From the NCBI GenBank assembly GCA_016186825.1, contig JACPKW010000005.1:66025-130024 (forward strand): a DNA stretch of 64,000 nt. Direction: 5' to 3'. The stretch comes from Candidatus Giovannonibacteria bacterium. Lineage in GTDB: Bacteria; Patescibacteriota; Minisyncoccia; JACPKW01; UBA11713. The translations under genes and the position numbers were made by a program. Shown piece by piece: positions 1-10,242 of the stretch. The notes below the pieces were generated by a model, which had not been told where the DNA came from, made no database searches, and worked only from the letters and a program-made list of their open reading frames with translations. Numbering within the stretch: position 1 is the stretch's first letter; the number at the start of each line of letters is the position of its first letter.

Positions 1-859
1 CTATGCCGTCATCATGTGTTTTCAAAATACTTCCTGCGGCAATCGGTGTCAGAACAACAATGAGTGAAACAAATATTGACTCATCAAAAACTTTTAATTG
101 ATAATTCAAAAAAATAATCAGCGGGAAGATAAGAACTGTAATTAAATTTCCAACCCAATCGCCTTTTTGCCAGACGTATCCGTGCGCAAGTAAATGCATA
201 TGTCTCTGAATATTTCTTCTGCGCTCTGGCCAGCTTTGATGTTTTGCTTGCATAGGCATAAGCATAATCACATACCAAACATTTGAAATTATATAGAGAA
301 ATGCGGCGCCGGCGAGAATGAAACTCAGCAAAGATGACTCTCGATTTCCCGAAGATCCAAAAAAGATTTGATAAAAATCTCCGAAGGCAAAATGCATTAA
401 GCCGATTGCGATTACGATAAGCGAAAACCAAACGTAAAAAAATACCTGCCAATTGAAGGATGCGTCAATTCCCGAAAAGCCGTTTATTAATGTAATTAAT
501 GTCGGGATTAAAAACAGCCCGAAAAGAAAATATGAAAAACCAAATCTGTCGTAGATCAAATATAGTAAAAGAATATTGAAAATTAAAATTGTTCGAGCGC
601 CGATACGAGAGATCAGGCGATGGCGAAAAATTCCAGTGAAAAAGGATGCCCCGAGCAAAACTGTCAAAAATAAATGGAAACTTAAATTGTACTCATTCAA
701 ATTTTCACTCCTTGCGGGGATCATTCCTAAAAGTCCGCCTCCAAAAGCAATTAAAAAACCTTTCCAATCTTCTTTTTTTAAAGTCCCGCTGAGCATCAGA
801 AAGGCCTGAATAACCATTCCTATTGCGAACAAGAGCACTCCAAATAAATTAACATCCAT
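1..859 (-). CDS. Polytopic membrane protein of unknown function. Start ATG at 859-857; the ORF runs off the window at position 1, so the C-terminus is missing.
   Basis: Manual translation of the minus strand gives a continuous hydrophobic ORF (MDVNLFGVLLFAIGMVIQAFLM...). Frame checked at positions 481 and 61. It is absent from the ORF track, presumably because no stop codon falls in the window. Confidence 0.4.
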   Translation of the reverse strand, partial: MDVNLFGVLLFAIGMVIQAFLMLSGTLKKEDWKGFLIAFGGGLLGMIPARSENLNEYNLSFHLFLTVLLGASFFTGIFRHRLISRIGARTILIFNILLLYLIYDRFGFSYFLFGLFLIPTLITLINGFSGIDASFNWQVFFYVWFSLIVIAIGLMHFAFGDFYQIFFGSSGNRESSLLSFILAGAAFLYIISNVWYVIMLMPMQAKHQSWPERRRNIQRHMHLLAHGYVWQKGDWVGNLITVLIFPLIIFLNYQLKVFDESIFVSLIVVLTPIAAGSILKTHDDGI

Positions 860-1022
860 GCCTAAATTATAGCATTTTTTCGGGAATTTTCAAATTTTTT
901 TATCCATAAAAATGAGTGGCGATCGCAATTCATTCCGCTGCTTTTTGTCTTGAAAAAATGAAAAGCCCGCGCGGTTGTGACCGGCGCGGGCTGTGTTTCG
1001 TTCGAAACCCGTCCTCAAACGG

Positions 1023-1448
1023 TTACGGAAAAATGGGACGGATAGACTTGGTCTCGCAAATCTCATTAACAATCGCTTGTAGTGAGACGTGCCTGCAGCA
1101 GGCGTGAAGCGAGAGTTCCTGAATCAAGCGCCGCGAGCGCCAAGCGAAACTCGCAACCGCTGGATCGTAATCGAAAAGGTCATTGAGCTCTATCGTAATA
1201 TCTTCAGGCAAGGCTTTATAAATTTGCCTTAAAAAGTTAGGCCCTCTGTGAAGATTTTTTTTAATCGTTTCATCTATGCAGGACCTACAAGTCGTTCCGA
1301 TTGGCCAATATTCGGAGTGGCCAATTCGATGTAGTTCACAATAAACTCCATTCGCCCTTGCACAAGAGATGCAGCTAAATGGACCACCGCCTGAAACATT
1401 AAGCAAAACAACGCAATCAGGATTAGCTCCACAAAATCTGCAATTCAT
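1023..1448 (-). CDS. Hypothetical Cys/His-rich protein (141 aa), possibly a small hydrolase or peptidase-like protein
   Basis: ORF with multiple Cys and His (CGANPDC, CISCARANGVYCELHRIGH). No confident family assignment from the sequence alone. Confidence 0.35.
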   Translation of the reverse strand: MNCRFCGANPDCVVLLNVSGGGPFSCISCARANGVYCELHRIGHSEYWPIGTTCRSCIDETIKKNLHRGPNFLRQIYKALPEDITIELNDLFDYDPAVASFAWRSRRLIQELSLHACCRHVSLQAIVNEICETKSIRPIFP

Positions 1449-1650
1449 CGCTCCTCCTTACTTTTGAAAGCTCGCCAATAATTAAAATCTTAAGGCAACT
1501 AACTCAAAAAGAATTCTCTATCATAAGAAGCCGAAAGTCAATCAAAAAACATTCGAGGGGAACTGCGCTATACGGTTCCGCTCATTAGGACAATGGTAAA
1601 AGATGAGATTTTTTGCTAAAATTTTATTATAATGGGATTGCTTATTTCTG

Positions 1651-3192
1651 ATGGGAATTTTCCGTTCAAAAACTAAATTAAAGATATTGTTCATCACTTC
1701 CGAAGAAACCCCTTTTGCGAAAGCGGGCGGATTGGGCGAGGTAATGTTTTCATTGCCGAGAGCTCTGCGCGATCTCGGACACGACGCTAGAGTAATGACC
1801 CCACGCTACGCCGGAATTGAAGTTCGTTCCGGTTTGGATAATTTTAAATTGGCTTACGAAGATCTGACTGTTCCTACTGCTCCGGAAAATAAAGGCAAGG
1901 AACTTTTATGCAACGTCTGGCGGTATGATCCGAACAGCGACCAAAAAAGCCCCGTCACATCATACTTTCTTGAAAATCAAGAATACTACGAACTACGCTC
2001 CAATGTTTATGGGTATGTAGATGACGCGCTCCGTTTTGCCTTATTGTCTCGGGGATGCCTTGAATTCCTAAACAGCTCGCAGGATTGGCTTCCTGATATA
2101 ATAGTCGCCTCTGACTGGATGACTGGATTTCTGCCGAATTTTTTAAAGACCGACTACAAAGAATACGTCCGCCTAAGTTCGATAACGACTGTTTTTTCTA
2201 TACATAACATTGCCATGCAGGGAATTAAACATAAGTATGTGGCGGAAATGGATCGGGACGACGGGCATGGACCGATTCCAGATTTTTTCAGCCCGAGAAT
2301 GAAAAAAATAAACGCCTTAAGGAGAGGCATAATGCATGCGAATGTTATTAATACAGTCTCTCCCACTTACGCGCAGGAAATTATGACTGAAGAATTCGGA
2401 GAGGGGCTCGACGCGCTTCTTCGCGAGAGGCGTTCAAGAGTATACGGAATTCTGAATGGAATTGACTATGACACAAATAATCCCGCCGAAGATCCTTTTT
2501 TGGAGAAAAAATTTGATGCAAATTTTAATGATGAAAGGGTCGAAAACAAAGTAGCGCTTCAAAAACGCTTTGGGCTTTCAGAAAACAAAAATGTTTTTGT
2601 TGCGGGGATAGTTTCGCGCCTAACAAAACAGAAAGGCTTCGATCTTTTGAAAGAAGCAATGGATCACTTTTTAAAAATTTCAGGCGCCCAGCTTATCGTA
2701 GTCGGATCGGGAGAAACGACATATATGGACTATTTCCAGGCGCTTGAGAAAAAATTTCCAGACCAAGTTCGCGCGCATATGCAATTCGACGAAAGCATGC
2801 CGCATCTTGTATATGGCGGGGCGGACGTGGCGCTCATACCTTCTTATTTTGAACCGTCCGGGTTGACGCAAATGGAAGCAATGCGTTTTGGGGCGATTCC
2901 AGTCGCGCGCAAAATAGGCGGGCTCGCGGACTCAATCAAAGATTACTCGCCCGAAAAAGACGAGGGAGACGGATTTTTGTTTGAAGATTTTGATTCAATT
3001 TCTTTTCTAATGGCTTTGACTCGCTCGTATGTTAACTGGCGCCACCATGACAGCTGGAAGCGGATGCAAAAACGCGCCATGCAAAAAGATTTTTCGTGGA
3101 TTAGGTCGGCGAAAGAGTATGAAAAAGTTTTCAATCGAGCCATAGAAATTCATAAAGAAGACTCGGAAAAAATCGAAACTCCGGTAAACTAA
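1651..3192 (+). CDS. glgA: Glycogen/starch synthase (GT5 family)
   Basis: N-terminal KILFITSEETPFAKAGGLGEV motif (the K-x-GGL ADP-glucose binding motif). About 510 aa with a GT-B C-terminal region. Confidence 0.9.
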   Translation: MGIFRSKTKLKILFITSEETPFAKAGGLGEVMFSLPRALRDLGHDARVMTPRYAGIEVRSGLDNFKLAYEDLTVPTAPENKGKELLCNVWRYDPNSDQKSPVTSYFLENQEYYELRSNVYGYVDDALRFALLSRGCLEFLNSSQDWLPDIIVASDWMTGFLPNFLKTDYKEYVRLSSITTVFSIHNIAMQGIKHKYVAEMDRDDGHGPIPDFFSPRMKKINALRRGIMHANVINTVSPTYAQEIMTEEFGEGLDALLRERRSRVYGILNGIDYDTNNPAEDPFLEKKFDANFNDERVENKVALQKRFGLSENKNVFVAGIVSRLTKQKGFDLLKEAMDHFLKISGAQLIVVGSGETTYMDYFQALEKKFPDQVRAHMQFDESMPHLVYGGADVALIPSYFEPSGLTQMEAMRFGAIPVARKIGGLADSIKDYSPEKDEGDGFLFEDFDSISFLMALTRSYVNWRHHDSWKRMQKRAMQKDFSWIRSAKEYEKVFNRAIEIHKEDSEKIETPVN

Positions 3193-3218
3193 AAAAGCGG
3201 GCTTGCCCCGCTTTTTTA
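3191..3218. terminator. Bidirectional rho-independent terminator between the convergent glgA and 3237..5156 genes
   Basis: Sequence AAAAAA-GCGGG-CTTGC-CCCGC-TTTTTT. It has a 5-bp GC stem, a 5-nt loop and flanking A and T runs. Confidence 0.6.
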
Positions 3219-3236
3219 GTTTCTAATTTACAAGTG

Positions 3237-5156
3237 TTAGGGAGTAATTTCACGCACGCTCATTTTTTTATAGATGAGCCCATTCGTTCCAACATTGTCG
3301 CTTCTCCAATAAACGGAGATGTTAGGTTTTCCTGATTCTGTGCCGGGACGTGCGTCCGAATTCGTCAGACGGAGCGCCGGATCAATTCCGGATTTGCAAG
3401 CTGTTCCGCCAATGCCGAAGTTAGAACCATTATCAATCAACTCGTTTATTTTTCGCCATGTTCCGCCATTTGCGCCGTCGGTTTCATCGAGCCACAATTC
3501 GAGTTTTACATTTCCGTCCGGCATATCATAGACAACATATTTGTATCCGATCCAAACGCTTTTTGGAAGTCCGGAAGACCATTGCGTTTTATTTAATGTC
3601 GGGCGCGAATTCGGATGGCTTGTTTCTTTCTCGAAGTCGATATGTCCGTCATAGCGCATCCGCGCCCCGATTCCCCGTGTATCGCAAAGATTCGCGGTCT
3701 CGCTTCCGGTTATTCCGTGGTTCGTTCGCGCGATCCCAACGATTCCGCCGTAAGCCGTTCCTCTGTCGGCAATACGTTTTGCATAAACGGTCATCTCAAC
3801 ATTGCGCCAGCTTGAGACTTTTGCGGGATCATGAATGTACATCCGCGGAACGGATCCGGATATTTTGAAAAGACCTTGGCCATCCACGCTGTAGAACGCA
3901 TTGCCATGATTTGCATCAAACCAGGAATCGTAAGGATCAACGCCGGTGAAATTTCTTACAATACCGTTATCCCATTTCGATACCCATTCCTTCCCACCCG
4001 AAATGGTTGGATATAATCTTTTAATTCCGAATTTGTCTGTCGCAGTTGAAGTTACTGGTTCCGGAGCAGGCGCGGAAATCAGAGTTGCCACGGGAGTCAC
4101 GGAGATATTGCAGACCCAATGAGATCCGCTCGAAGCGTAGAGATTTATTTTTGAGAGACTCGTTACATTAGCCTGTTCCGTTCTGAAAGCATAACCTAGC
4201 CCGAGAGTTTTTTCAGTTGATCCGGGAGAGGTTACGTATATATCGTAGAGGTGATTAGGAATATCCACGACAAGACGAAACTTGTACGAATTTCCGGCAG
4301 AGTAACTTATAACTTGAGACGCTTTGTAGGTTGAGCCGGAGCGCGCATCAATTTTTCCTAAGTTGTTGAAGCGAACGATTGCAGCCATATCTGGATAATC
4401 AGAGACAACCCCGCTCGAAAGTCCTGTAACGCCGTCCATGTAATTTGATTTCGGGGTGCTGTCGAAAGTCAATACAAATTTTCCCGTTTGCGTAGAGATA
4501 GTGTTTGCTTGCCAGCTTGAAGCGCTCGAGACAGTGCATGAAGTTCCTGCATCACTCGAAACCAAAGCGAGCGAGGGATCCGAAACTGTCGAGACTGTTT
4601 GAGTAACTTCAGACCCAACCGCTAAATTGCAAACTGCATGGCCGCCGCTTGAAGCAAAGACATTTACTTTAGAAAGGCTCGTTATATTAGCTTGTTCCGT
4701 TCTGAATGAATAATCGAGGCCGACAGTTTTTTCATCCGAATTCGGCGGCGTAACATAAATGTCATAGAGATGATTTGCTAAATCAACTTCAAGACGGAAT
4801 TTATACGTGTTCCCCGCAAAATACGGGAGCGCATTTGCTGCGCCGTAGGTTGAGCCGGAACGCGCATCAATATTGCCGGAAGCGTTGAAACGCACAATCG
4901 CAGCGAGATCCGTGTAGTCGGAAGCGGGCAAATTCGATAATCCCGTAATGGCATCGATATTATTTGCGCTGGGAGTGGCGTCGAACACGACAGTAAATTT
5001 ACCCGTCTCGGTAGCAAAAGACTGCGCCTGCCAACTCGATTTGGAATCAAGACAGGAGTTATCCGCTGCGGATAATTTTTGATTTAGATTTGTGAAAGTG
5101 CTGAATAAAAGAATTAATGTTAATAATGATACAGATGATTTTTTTACGATTTCCAT
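3237..5156 (-). CDS. Secreted protein (639 aa). It has an N-terminal signal peptide, two tandem ~170-aa internal repeats and a C-terminal beta-jelly-roll/polysaccharide-lyase-like domain.
   Basis: Signal-like N-terminus [21 protein letters not shown]. Two near-identical repeats ([22 protein letters not shown]... and [22 protein letters not shown]...). C-terminal segment [13 protein letters not shown]...[11 protein letters not shown]. Confidence 0.55.
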   Translation of the reverse strand: MEIVKKSSVSLLTLILLFSTFTNLNQKLSAADNSCLDSKSSWQAQSFATETGKFTVVFDATPSANNIDAITGLSNLPASDYTDLAAIVRFNASGNIDARSGSTYGAANALPYFAGNTYKFRLEVDLANHLYDIYVTPPNSDEKTVGLDYSFRTEQANITSLSKVNVFASSGGHAVCNLAVGSEVTQTVSTVSDPSLALVSSDAGTSCTVSSASSWQANTISTQTGKFVLTFDSTPKSNYMDGVTGLSSGVVSDYPDMAAIVRFNNLGKIDARSGSTYKASQVISYSAGNSYKFRLVVDIPNHLYDIYVTSPGSTEKTLGLGYAFRTEQANVTSLSKINLYASSGSHWVCNISVTPVATLISAPAPEPVTSTATDKFGIKRLYPTISGGKEWVSKWDNGIVRNFTGVDPYDSWFDANHGNAFYSVDGQGLFKISGSVPRMYIHDPAKVSSWRNVEMTVYAKRIADRGTAYGGIVGIARTNHGITGSETANLCDTRGIGARMRYDGHIDFEKETSHPNSRPTLNKTQWSSGLPKSVWIGYKYVVYDMPDGNVKLELWLDETDGANGGTWRKINELIDNGSNFGIGGTACKSGIDPALRLTNSDARPGTESGKPNISVYWRSDNVGTNGLIYKKMSVREITP

Positions 5157-5426
5157 CGAACAATTTCTAATTCTGAATTAAGCAAGCCCTGACATTCTGA
5201 ATTAATCAAGACATTTACATCTTAATGAATTAGTGTCGAAGACGCTCTAGGTGCTCGAAATTGCTTACCAATTCTTTGTTTAAAGATAATAGAATTACAG
5301 CTTACGACCGAGCATAAGTTTAACAGCACGAACTGAATTGTCTTGTGGAAAACTCGTTAAAAACATTTTGACAAAAATAATTTTTAAAATTATAAAAAAT
5401 TCGGAAATTTTTCTAAAAAACGGGTC

Positions 5427-6197
5427 TCATTCCACAAGGATTGAACCGGACATTATTTCGGCATGTGCTGAACAGTGATAAGTATATATTCCCGATTCGT
5501 CGAAAACTAAACTAAAGCGATCTCCTATTTTAAGCAATCTGGAATTTTGCTCGGAATAATAAGTGTGGGCGGGATGAGAATCAGTGTTTACGTAATGTCC
5601 TTCGCTGTCATCATTAATCCAAGTAATTTTGGTTCCCTTGCTTGCGCGGATATTGTTTGGATTAAACTGGATATTCGACATTTTAATTTCAACTTCTGCC
5701 TTTCCGCGCTCATCTTTAAAACTTTCAGCCTTAGCACGATCCAGCGCGAACTGAAATTTTCCATCATGGCAGCTCCCATCCGGCCAGCACGCCTTGTATT
5801 CAACCGTGTAAAGCCCGTCTGGAGAATCCGCTTTCATTTTCCTTCTCATGGCGAGCTTGTTTTGGTCGATTGTAGTTTCGCCGAATCCATAATCTTTGCC
5901 GCTTTTGAGAATTCTTATTTCAGAAGATTTCGCGAGATCAAAATTAAAATCAATTACGATATTAACCGGAACACCCGCTAAAGTTGATCCGTGTGCAGGC
6001 GTATTAGATTCGTAATGCGCGCTTTTTTTGGGATTCGAAAAATTTATTTCGGAAGCACTATCCCCAGAAGGAGTTTGATTATTATTTTGATCATCCAAAG
6101 CTTTGTCGATATTTTCTTGACTCTGGTTGAAAAAGTAAAAACCGCCAAGAGCGAGAAGAATTACGAGTAGAACGGCAGAAATAATATATTTTTTCAT
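5427..6197 (-). CDS. Copper-binding protein: CopC-like domain fused to a C-terminal type-1 cupredoxin (plastocyanin-like), N-terminally anchored
   Basis: TM/signal segment MKKYIISAVLLVILLALGGFYFF. CopC-like segment HYESNTPAHGSTL. The C-terminus carries an H...YHCSAHAEIMSG copper site (H, C, H, M ligands). Confidence 0.65.
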   Translation of the reverse strand: MKKYIISAVLLVILLALGGFYFFNQSQENIDKALDDQNNNQTPSGDSASEINFSNPKKSAHYESNTPAHGSTLAGVPVNIVIDFNFDLAKSSEIRILKSGKDYGFGETTIDQNKLAMRRKMKADSPDGLYTVEYKACWPDGSCHDGKFQFALDRAKAESFKDERGKAEVEIKMSNIQFNPNNIRASKGTKITWINDDSEGHYVNTDSHPAHTYYSEQNSRLLKIGDRFSLVFDESGIYTYHCSAHAEIMSGSILVE

Positions 6198-6234
6198 ACA
6201 TTAAATAACTAGCGTGGATGAAAAACGGTCTTGA

Positions 6235-7011
6235 TTAAGAAATCTTTTCCGATCCGCTTTGTTTCGATTTTTTAACAAATCCCGTGAACGCCTGCAAAAC
6301 TTCCAAAGGCACCGTAAATACGATGGTATTCGACTGGTCCGAAGAAATATCGTTTATGGCCTGCAGTGTTCTTAAATGAAGCGCTCCTTCAGAAGCGGCC
6401 AATGTACCGGCTGCGCGCGCGATATTTTGGGATGCCGCGAGTTCCCCTTCGGATGTAATAATAACGGCTCTTTTTTCACGCTCCGCTTCCGCTTGCTTCG
6501 CAATTGTTCGTTCCATAGTTCCCGGTAATTTTATATCTTTTAATTCAACATTGTTAACTTTGAGCCCCCAGGCGTCAGTTTCTTTATCAACTATTTCTTT
6601 GATGCGGTTTGCAATCGTCTCGCGCCCGCTCAAAAGTTCGTCCAAAGTAACTTCGCCGACGATATTTCGCATGGTCGTTTGCGCGTATTGTGAAATCGCG
6701 TAGAAAAAATTTTCAACTTCGAGAATCGCCTTTTCTGCAGAGGACACCCTATAATAAATGACCGCGTTCACGGCTACCGAAACGTTGTCTTTCGTAATCG
6801 CATTCTGATCGGGAACATCAACGGCTTTCACGCGCATGTCGACGGATTTATAAAATTGAAAAATCGGAAAAACCAAACGCCAACCGGGGTCCATGATCCC
6901 AGTGTATTTTCCGAATGTGAATTTCACGCCGCGCTCATACTGATTAATCTGCTTGATGCTGACAAGAATAATTACAATTACGGCTATTCCCGAAATATAA
7001 TAGATTTCCAT
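6235..7011 (-). CDS. SPFH/band-7 (stomatin/prohibitin-like) membrane protein
   Basis: N-terminal TM, then QYERGVKFTFGKY...AVIYYRVSSAEKA, typical of stomatin/QmcA-family proteins. Confidence 0.85.
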   Translation of the reverse strand: MEIYYISGIAVIVIILVSIKQINQYERGVKFTFGKYTGIMDPGWRLVFPIFQFYKSVDMRVKAVDVPDQNAITKDNVSVAVNAVIYYRVSSAEKAILEVENFFYAISQYAQTTMRNIVGEVTLDELLSGRETIANRIKEIVDKETDAWGLKVNNVELKDIKLPGTMERTIAKQAEAEREKRAVIITSEGELAASQNIARAAGTLAASEGALHLRTLQAINDISSDQSNTIVFTVPLEVLQAFTGFVKKSKQSGSEKIS

Positions 7012-7073
7012 ATTCCGAGTATATCTCCAGACTATTAAATTGTCTAATTGTCAACAATAGCTAAGCCACCGTT

Positions 7074-7556
7074 TCAATCTGCGGCTTTTTTCAATTGATC
7101 AATATCAATTTTTTTCATCTGAAGCATAGCTTTCGAAACTCTTTTGGCTTTTTCAGGATCCGGATCGCTCATAAGCTCGCCTAAAATTGCCGGAACAATT
7201 TGCCAGGAAAGTCCGAATTTGTCCTTCAGCCACCCGCACTGCTCCGCCTCTTTCACCGCAGAAAGTTTTTCCCAGAAATAATCTATGTCTTTCTGCGAGT
7301 CACAATTTACAACAAAAGATATTGATTCGTTGAATTTGAAAACGGGGCCGCCATTAAATGCAAGAAATTGCTGCCCTTCAATTTCGAAGGGAATTACCAA
7401 CGCAGATCCAACGGGCATTTTGGCCGCCTTCGCAATTTCTTCGTCATAGTAAGTTACCTTGCCTTTTTTTGAATTTTTAAAAATAGAAATGTAAAAATTC
7501 ACCGCCTCCTCGGCATTATCGTCAAACCACAAAAATGGAGTAATTTTTTGTTGCAT
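7074..7556 (-). CDS. VOC-superfamily protein, PhnB/3-demethylubiquinone-9 3-methyltransferase-like (PF06983-like)
   Basis: ITPFLWFDDNAEEAVNFYISIF N-terminus characteristic of the PhnB-like family. About 160 aa. Confidence 0.65.
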   Translation of the reverse strand: MQQKITPFLWFDDNAEEAVNFYISIFKNSKKGKVTYYDEEIAKAAKMPVGSALVIPFEIEGQQFLAFNGGPVFKFNESISFVVNCDSQKDIDYFWEKLSAVKEAEQCGWLKDKFGLSWQIVPAILGELMSDPDPEKAKRVSKAMLQMKKIDIDQLKKAAD

Positions 7557-7696
7557 ATAAATATTCTTAACTATAAATATGCAAAAAAAGTTTTTCTTCG
7601 CATTTGCATAAATTGAAAAGAAGCCCGCCTAAGTATAGAACATAAGCGGGCCAACTTTTTAAATTTTTTATCATCTTACGGAGAAACCGTCTTGAG

Positions 7697-9007
7697 TTAG
7701 AACTGATATTTTCGCGGAAAATAGAGCAAGTCTTTAGTAAGCAAAACTGGCATATCCGGAACTGTGCCCTTAATTTCCTTCGCCTGCTCAAGCGCGACAG
7801 TCCCAGGAGGCGGCCTTTCGGGTGTTAACTTACTCCCCAGTGGAATGTGGAGATTTTTTTCGATGATAACGCGGTCTAGTGTAGAGCCCGCTCCGACTTC
7901 GACGCCGTCAAACAGAACCGAGTTTGTGATAAAGCTGCCGGCACCGATTATACATCTGCTAATGACGCTGTGGCTTACAAAAATATTATCCTGAAAGATC
8001 GACCCGAATGAGAGCACCTCGTTGCAGGTAATATTATCTGCTTTCGTCGGAAATGCGGCGGCTTGCGTTACGCCGAAAAGCGGCCACTTTTCGGAAAACA
8101 TATCAAAGATGGGGTTTCGGCGGCACACTTCCATCTGCGCCGCATACCAGCTTTCAAGCGTTCCGACGTCCCGCCAATATCCGCGGCCTTGCGCTGTCAT
8201 ACCGGGATACTCGTTATCCACAAGGTTATAGCCAATCAGACTTTTTTCATGATGTATCAGCCACTGTAAACCCGCACTGCTTAACTTTTGAGCGGGATCT
8301 TTCGCGCGCAGTTTCTCAAGGTAGCCAAGCATTCCAAAAAACTCTTCCGATCTGATGACATACATCGCCAGATTAGCCAGGCAATAACCCGGCCGATCCG
8401 CGAGTTCCAATGGCTTCTCTGGTTTTTCTATGAGGTCGGCAACATTGCCATGTCTGTCCAATTCTAATACGCCAAAGTTATTTTTTGCCTCATTAACAGG
8501 TACAGCTTTATAAACCAGGAGAGCGCACGCTCCAGATTGAAATAGTTTTAACACCATCTGGCGATAATCACACTTAACTATTTGATCGCCCATCGCAATG
8601 ATGACGACGGCAGGGTTTTCATCTTCAAAGTATCGGCGCAATTGCAAGAGCGAATCTGCATCACTCTGGAAAAACCCGTTGGCTTCATGCAATGGCGGCG
8701 TCAAGTGACGAATAAAGTGACCGCGCTGGTGCCCGAGCGTTCCGCCGAACGCATCGCCCACATGTCTCATCAAAGATTGCGGGCGGTACTGGACTGCCAA
8801 AAAAATCCTGGAGCACCATGAATTGATAAGATTTGAGAGCTGAAAATCGACGAGGCGATATTTGGCGCCGAAAAAAAGCGCTGGTTTCGCGCGCTCGCTC
8901 GTCAACGGCCATAATCTTGTCCCAGATCCTCCAGCCAGAACAACTCCCAGAACATTTTCCATATTGACAACAAGAAAATCTTCCTTATTCATAATGTTTT
9001 GCGTCAT
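7697..9007 (-). CDS. glgC: Glucose-1-phosphate adenylyltransferase (ADP-glucose pyrophosphorylase)
   Basis: LGVVLAGGSGTRLWPLTSERAKPAL nucleotidyltransferase motif. C-terminal left-handed beta-helix region. About 436 aa. Confidence 0.88.
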   Translation of the reverse strand: MTQNIMNKEDFLVVNMENVLGVVLAGGSGTRLWPLTSERAKPALFFGAKYRLVDFQLSNLINSWCSRIFLAVQYRPQSLMRHVGDAFGGTLGHQRGHFIRHLTPPLHEANGFFQSDADSLLQLRRYFEDENPAVVIIAMGDQIVKCDYRQMVLKLFQSGACALLVYKAVPVNEAKNNFGVLELDRHGNVADLIEKPEKPLELADRPGYCLANLAMYVIRSEEFFGMLGYLEKLRAKDPAQKLSSAGLQWLIHHEKSLIGYNLVDNEYPGMTAQGRGYWRDVGTLESWYAAQMEVCRRNPIFDMFSEKWPLFGVTQAAAFPTKADNITCNEVLSFGSIFQDNIFVSHSVISRCIIGAGSFITNSVLFDGVEVGAGSTLDRVIIEKNLHIPLGSKLTPERPPPGTVALEQAKEIKGTVPDMPVLLTKDLLYFPRKYQF

Positions 9008-9180
9008 TCTTTCCTCCTTCGCCTTGGATATGTTTTTAACGATCCCAGCCGTTTATATCTAATCCCATATTTATAACGCTTCACAGCAAAACAAGTTCAC
9101 GCTTAAAAAGCTTTTCATAAAATCAAAAGCAGTGAAGATTTCGTCAGAAAACATCTAAAAAAGCTGTTATAAAAGCGGCT

Positions 9181-9318
9181 TTAAATTTTTCTATATTTCC
9201 GCTTTCGATTTAACGCTTTCGCTTCGAGCATGAGGCGTTTAACCTCGAGCCTCTTTTTTGTTTTGTGAGAATGTTTTGATTTTTTATACGGTCTAAGGCC
9301 GGTAGCTCTTTTTGCCAT
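9181..9318 (-). CDS. Small, very basic protein (~45 aa if it starts at MAKRATGLRPYKK...); possibly ribosome-associated
   Basis: Lys/Arg-rich short ORF. The track ORF 9181..9378 probably starts at the internal Met. No family recognised. Confidence 0.25.
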   Translation of the reverse strand: MAKRATGLRPYKKSKHSHKTKKRLEVKRLMLEAKALNRKRKYRKI

Positions 9319-9358
9319 GAAATAATGATAATGAATAAAATGTATAGTTGGCGGCAGT

Positions 9359-9730
9359 TTATTTTTCGTCGTAATCAAAAAAAACGCATTCTATATTATG
9401 CCCGTCGGGATCAAAAACAAACGCGGCATAATATCCCGGCCAATATTCCTTTCGATACCCGGGCGAGCCGTTGTCTTTGGCGCCCGCTTCAAGCGCCGCT
9501 TTGTAAAATGCGGCCACTTCCGCTTTATTTTTCGCTTCGAAGGCGACGTGCGACTTTATGACCCCATTCTTATTTGTTCCAATCCAAAAATCAGTGTTTT
9601 TGCCGTCGTTGAAGCCGGCGGATTCTCCAAACTCCATATTTTGCGTATACCCCAGCGGCTTTAAGGCTTTGATGTAAAATTCTTTCGATCTCTTATAATC
9701 ACTGACTGAAATTGTTGTATGCGCAATCAT
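9359..9730 (-). CDS. Glyoxalase/bleomycin-resistance (VOC) family protein
   Basis: About 123 aa with paired beta-alpha-beta-beta-beta modules; FVFDPDGHNIE C-terminal motif. Confidence 0.75.
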   Translation of the reverse strand: MIAHTTISVSDYKRSKEFYIKALKPLGYTQNMEFGESAGFNDGKNTDFWIGTNKNGVIKSHVAFEAKNKAEVAAFYKAALEAGAKDNGSPGYRKEYWPGYYAAFVFDPDGHNIECVFFDYDEK

Positions 9731-9855
9731 AATTAAATATTAAAACAAAGCTAAATGGCGATTTGTTTTCGATAAATATAGTTTTGCATAAAAATAAGTA
9801 GCCCGCCAGGAGATTCTCCCGACGGGCTCTTACGTTAAGGCCCTGTTGGCACTTG

Positions 9856-10230
9856 TCAAACGCGCCCCTTGGGTTGGCGATCCCGACAAAGTGCTTGCCA
9901 CTGAAACTCGCTTGTAACTTGTTGCCAGAGATGAAAAAAAGTATTCGATTGCCACCACCTTCTTCCATCCTTTGGACATGTATAAAGTATGGTATTGACG
10001 GTGCCTCCTAATGGCACGGCCGGTTTTTGGTCATAACTTCTGCGAAGCGAATTACAATTCTCGCAATCGCTGACACATGGAGCGAGAGTCAATTCCGCTT
10101 CCGCTTCGGAAATCTCAAATGCGTGAGCGTATGTTATGCACCTCTGGCACTTAACCATGAAGCGGCCGTTGATGTCCTTGCCAACGATTTCAGTCAACTT
10201 ATGAGGCCCAATTTGTTTCACTTCACTCAT
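9856..10230 (-). CDS. Hypothetical Cys-rich protein (124 aa)
   Basis: Strong RBS AAGGAG 7 nt upstream of the ATG. Cys pairs CQRC, CVSDCENC suggest a zinc-ribbon-like fold. Confidence 0.5.
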   Translation of the reverse strand: MSEVKQIGPHKLTEIVGKDINGRFMVKCQRCITYAHAFEISEAEAELTLAPCVSDCENCNSLRRSYDQKPAVPLGGTVNTILYTCPKDGRRWWQSNTFFHLWQQVTSEFQWQALCRDRQPKGRV

Positions 10231-10242
10231 GATATGTACTCC

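Noticed and set aside
84-452. Track ORF of 122 aa on the minus strand (and 576..809 on plus)
   Set aside because: Out of frame with a longer, continuous hydrophobic ORF (859..1, minus) that runs off the window. The track ORF has a non-protein-like composition.
5369-5397. TTGACA-N17-TATAAA promoter-like sequence on the plus strand
   Set aside because: It points into the antisense strand of the CopC-cupredoxin gene with no plus-strand gene downstream. It is likely fortuitous in AT-rich intergenic DNA, or possibly an antisense promoter, but evidence is insufficient.
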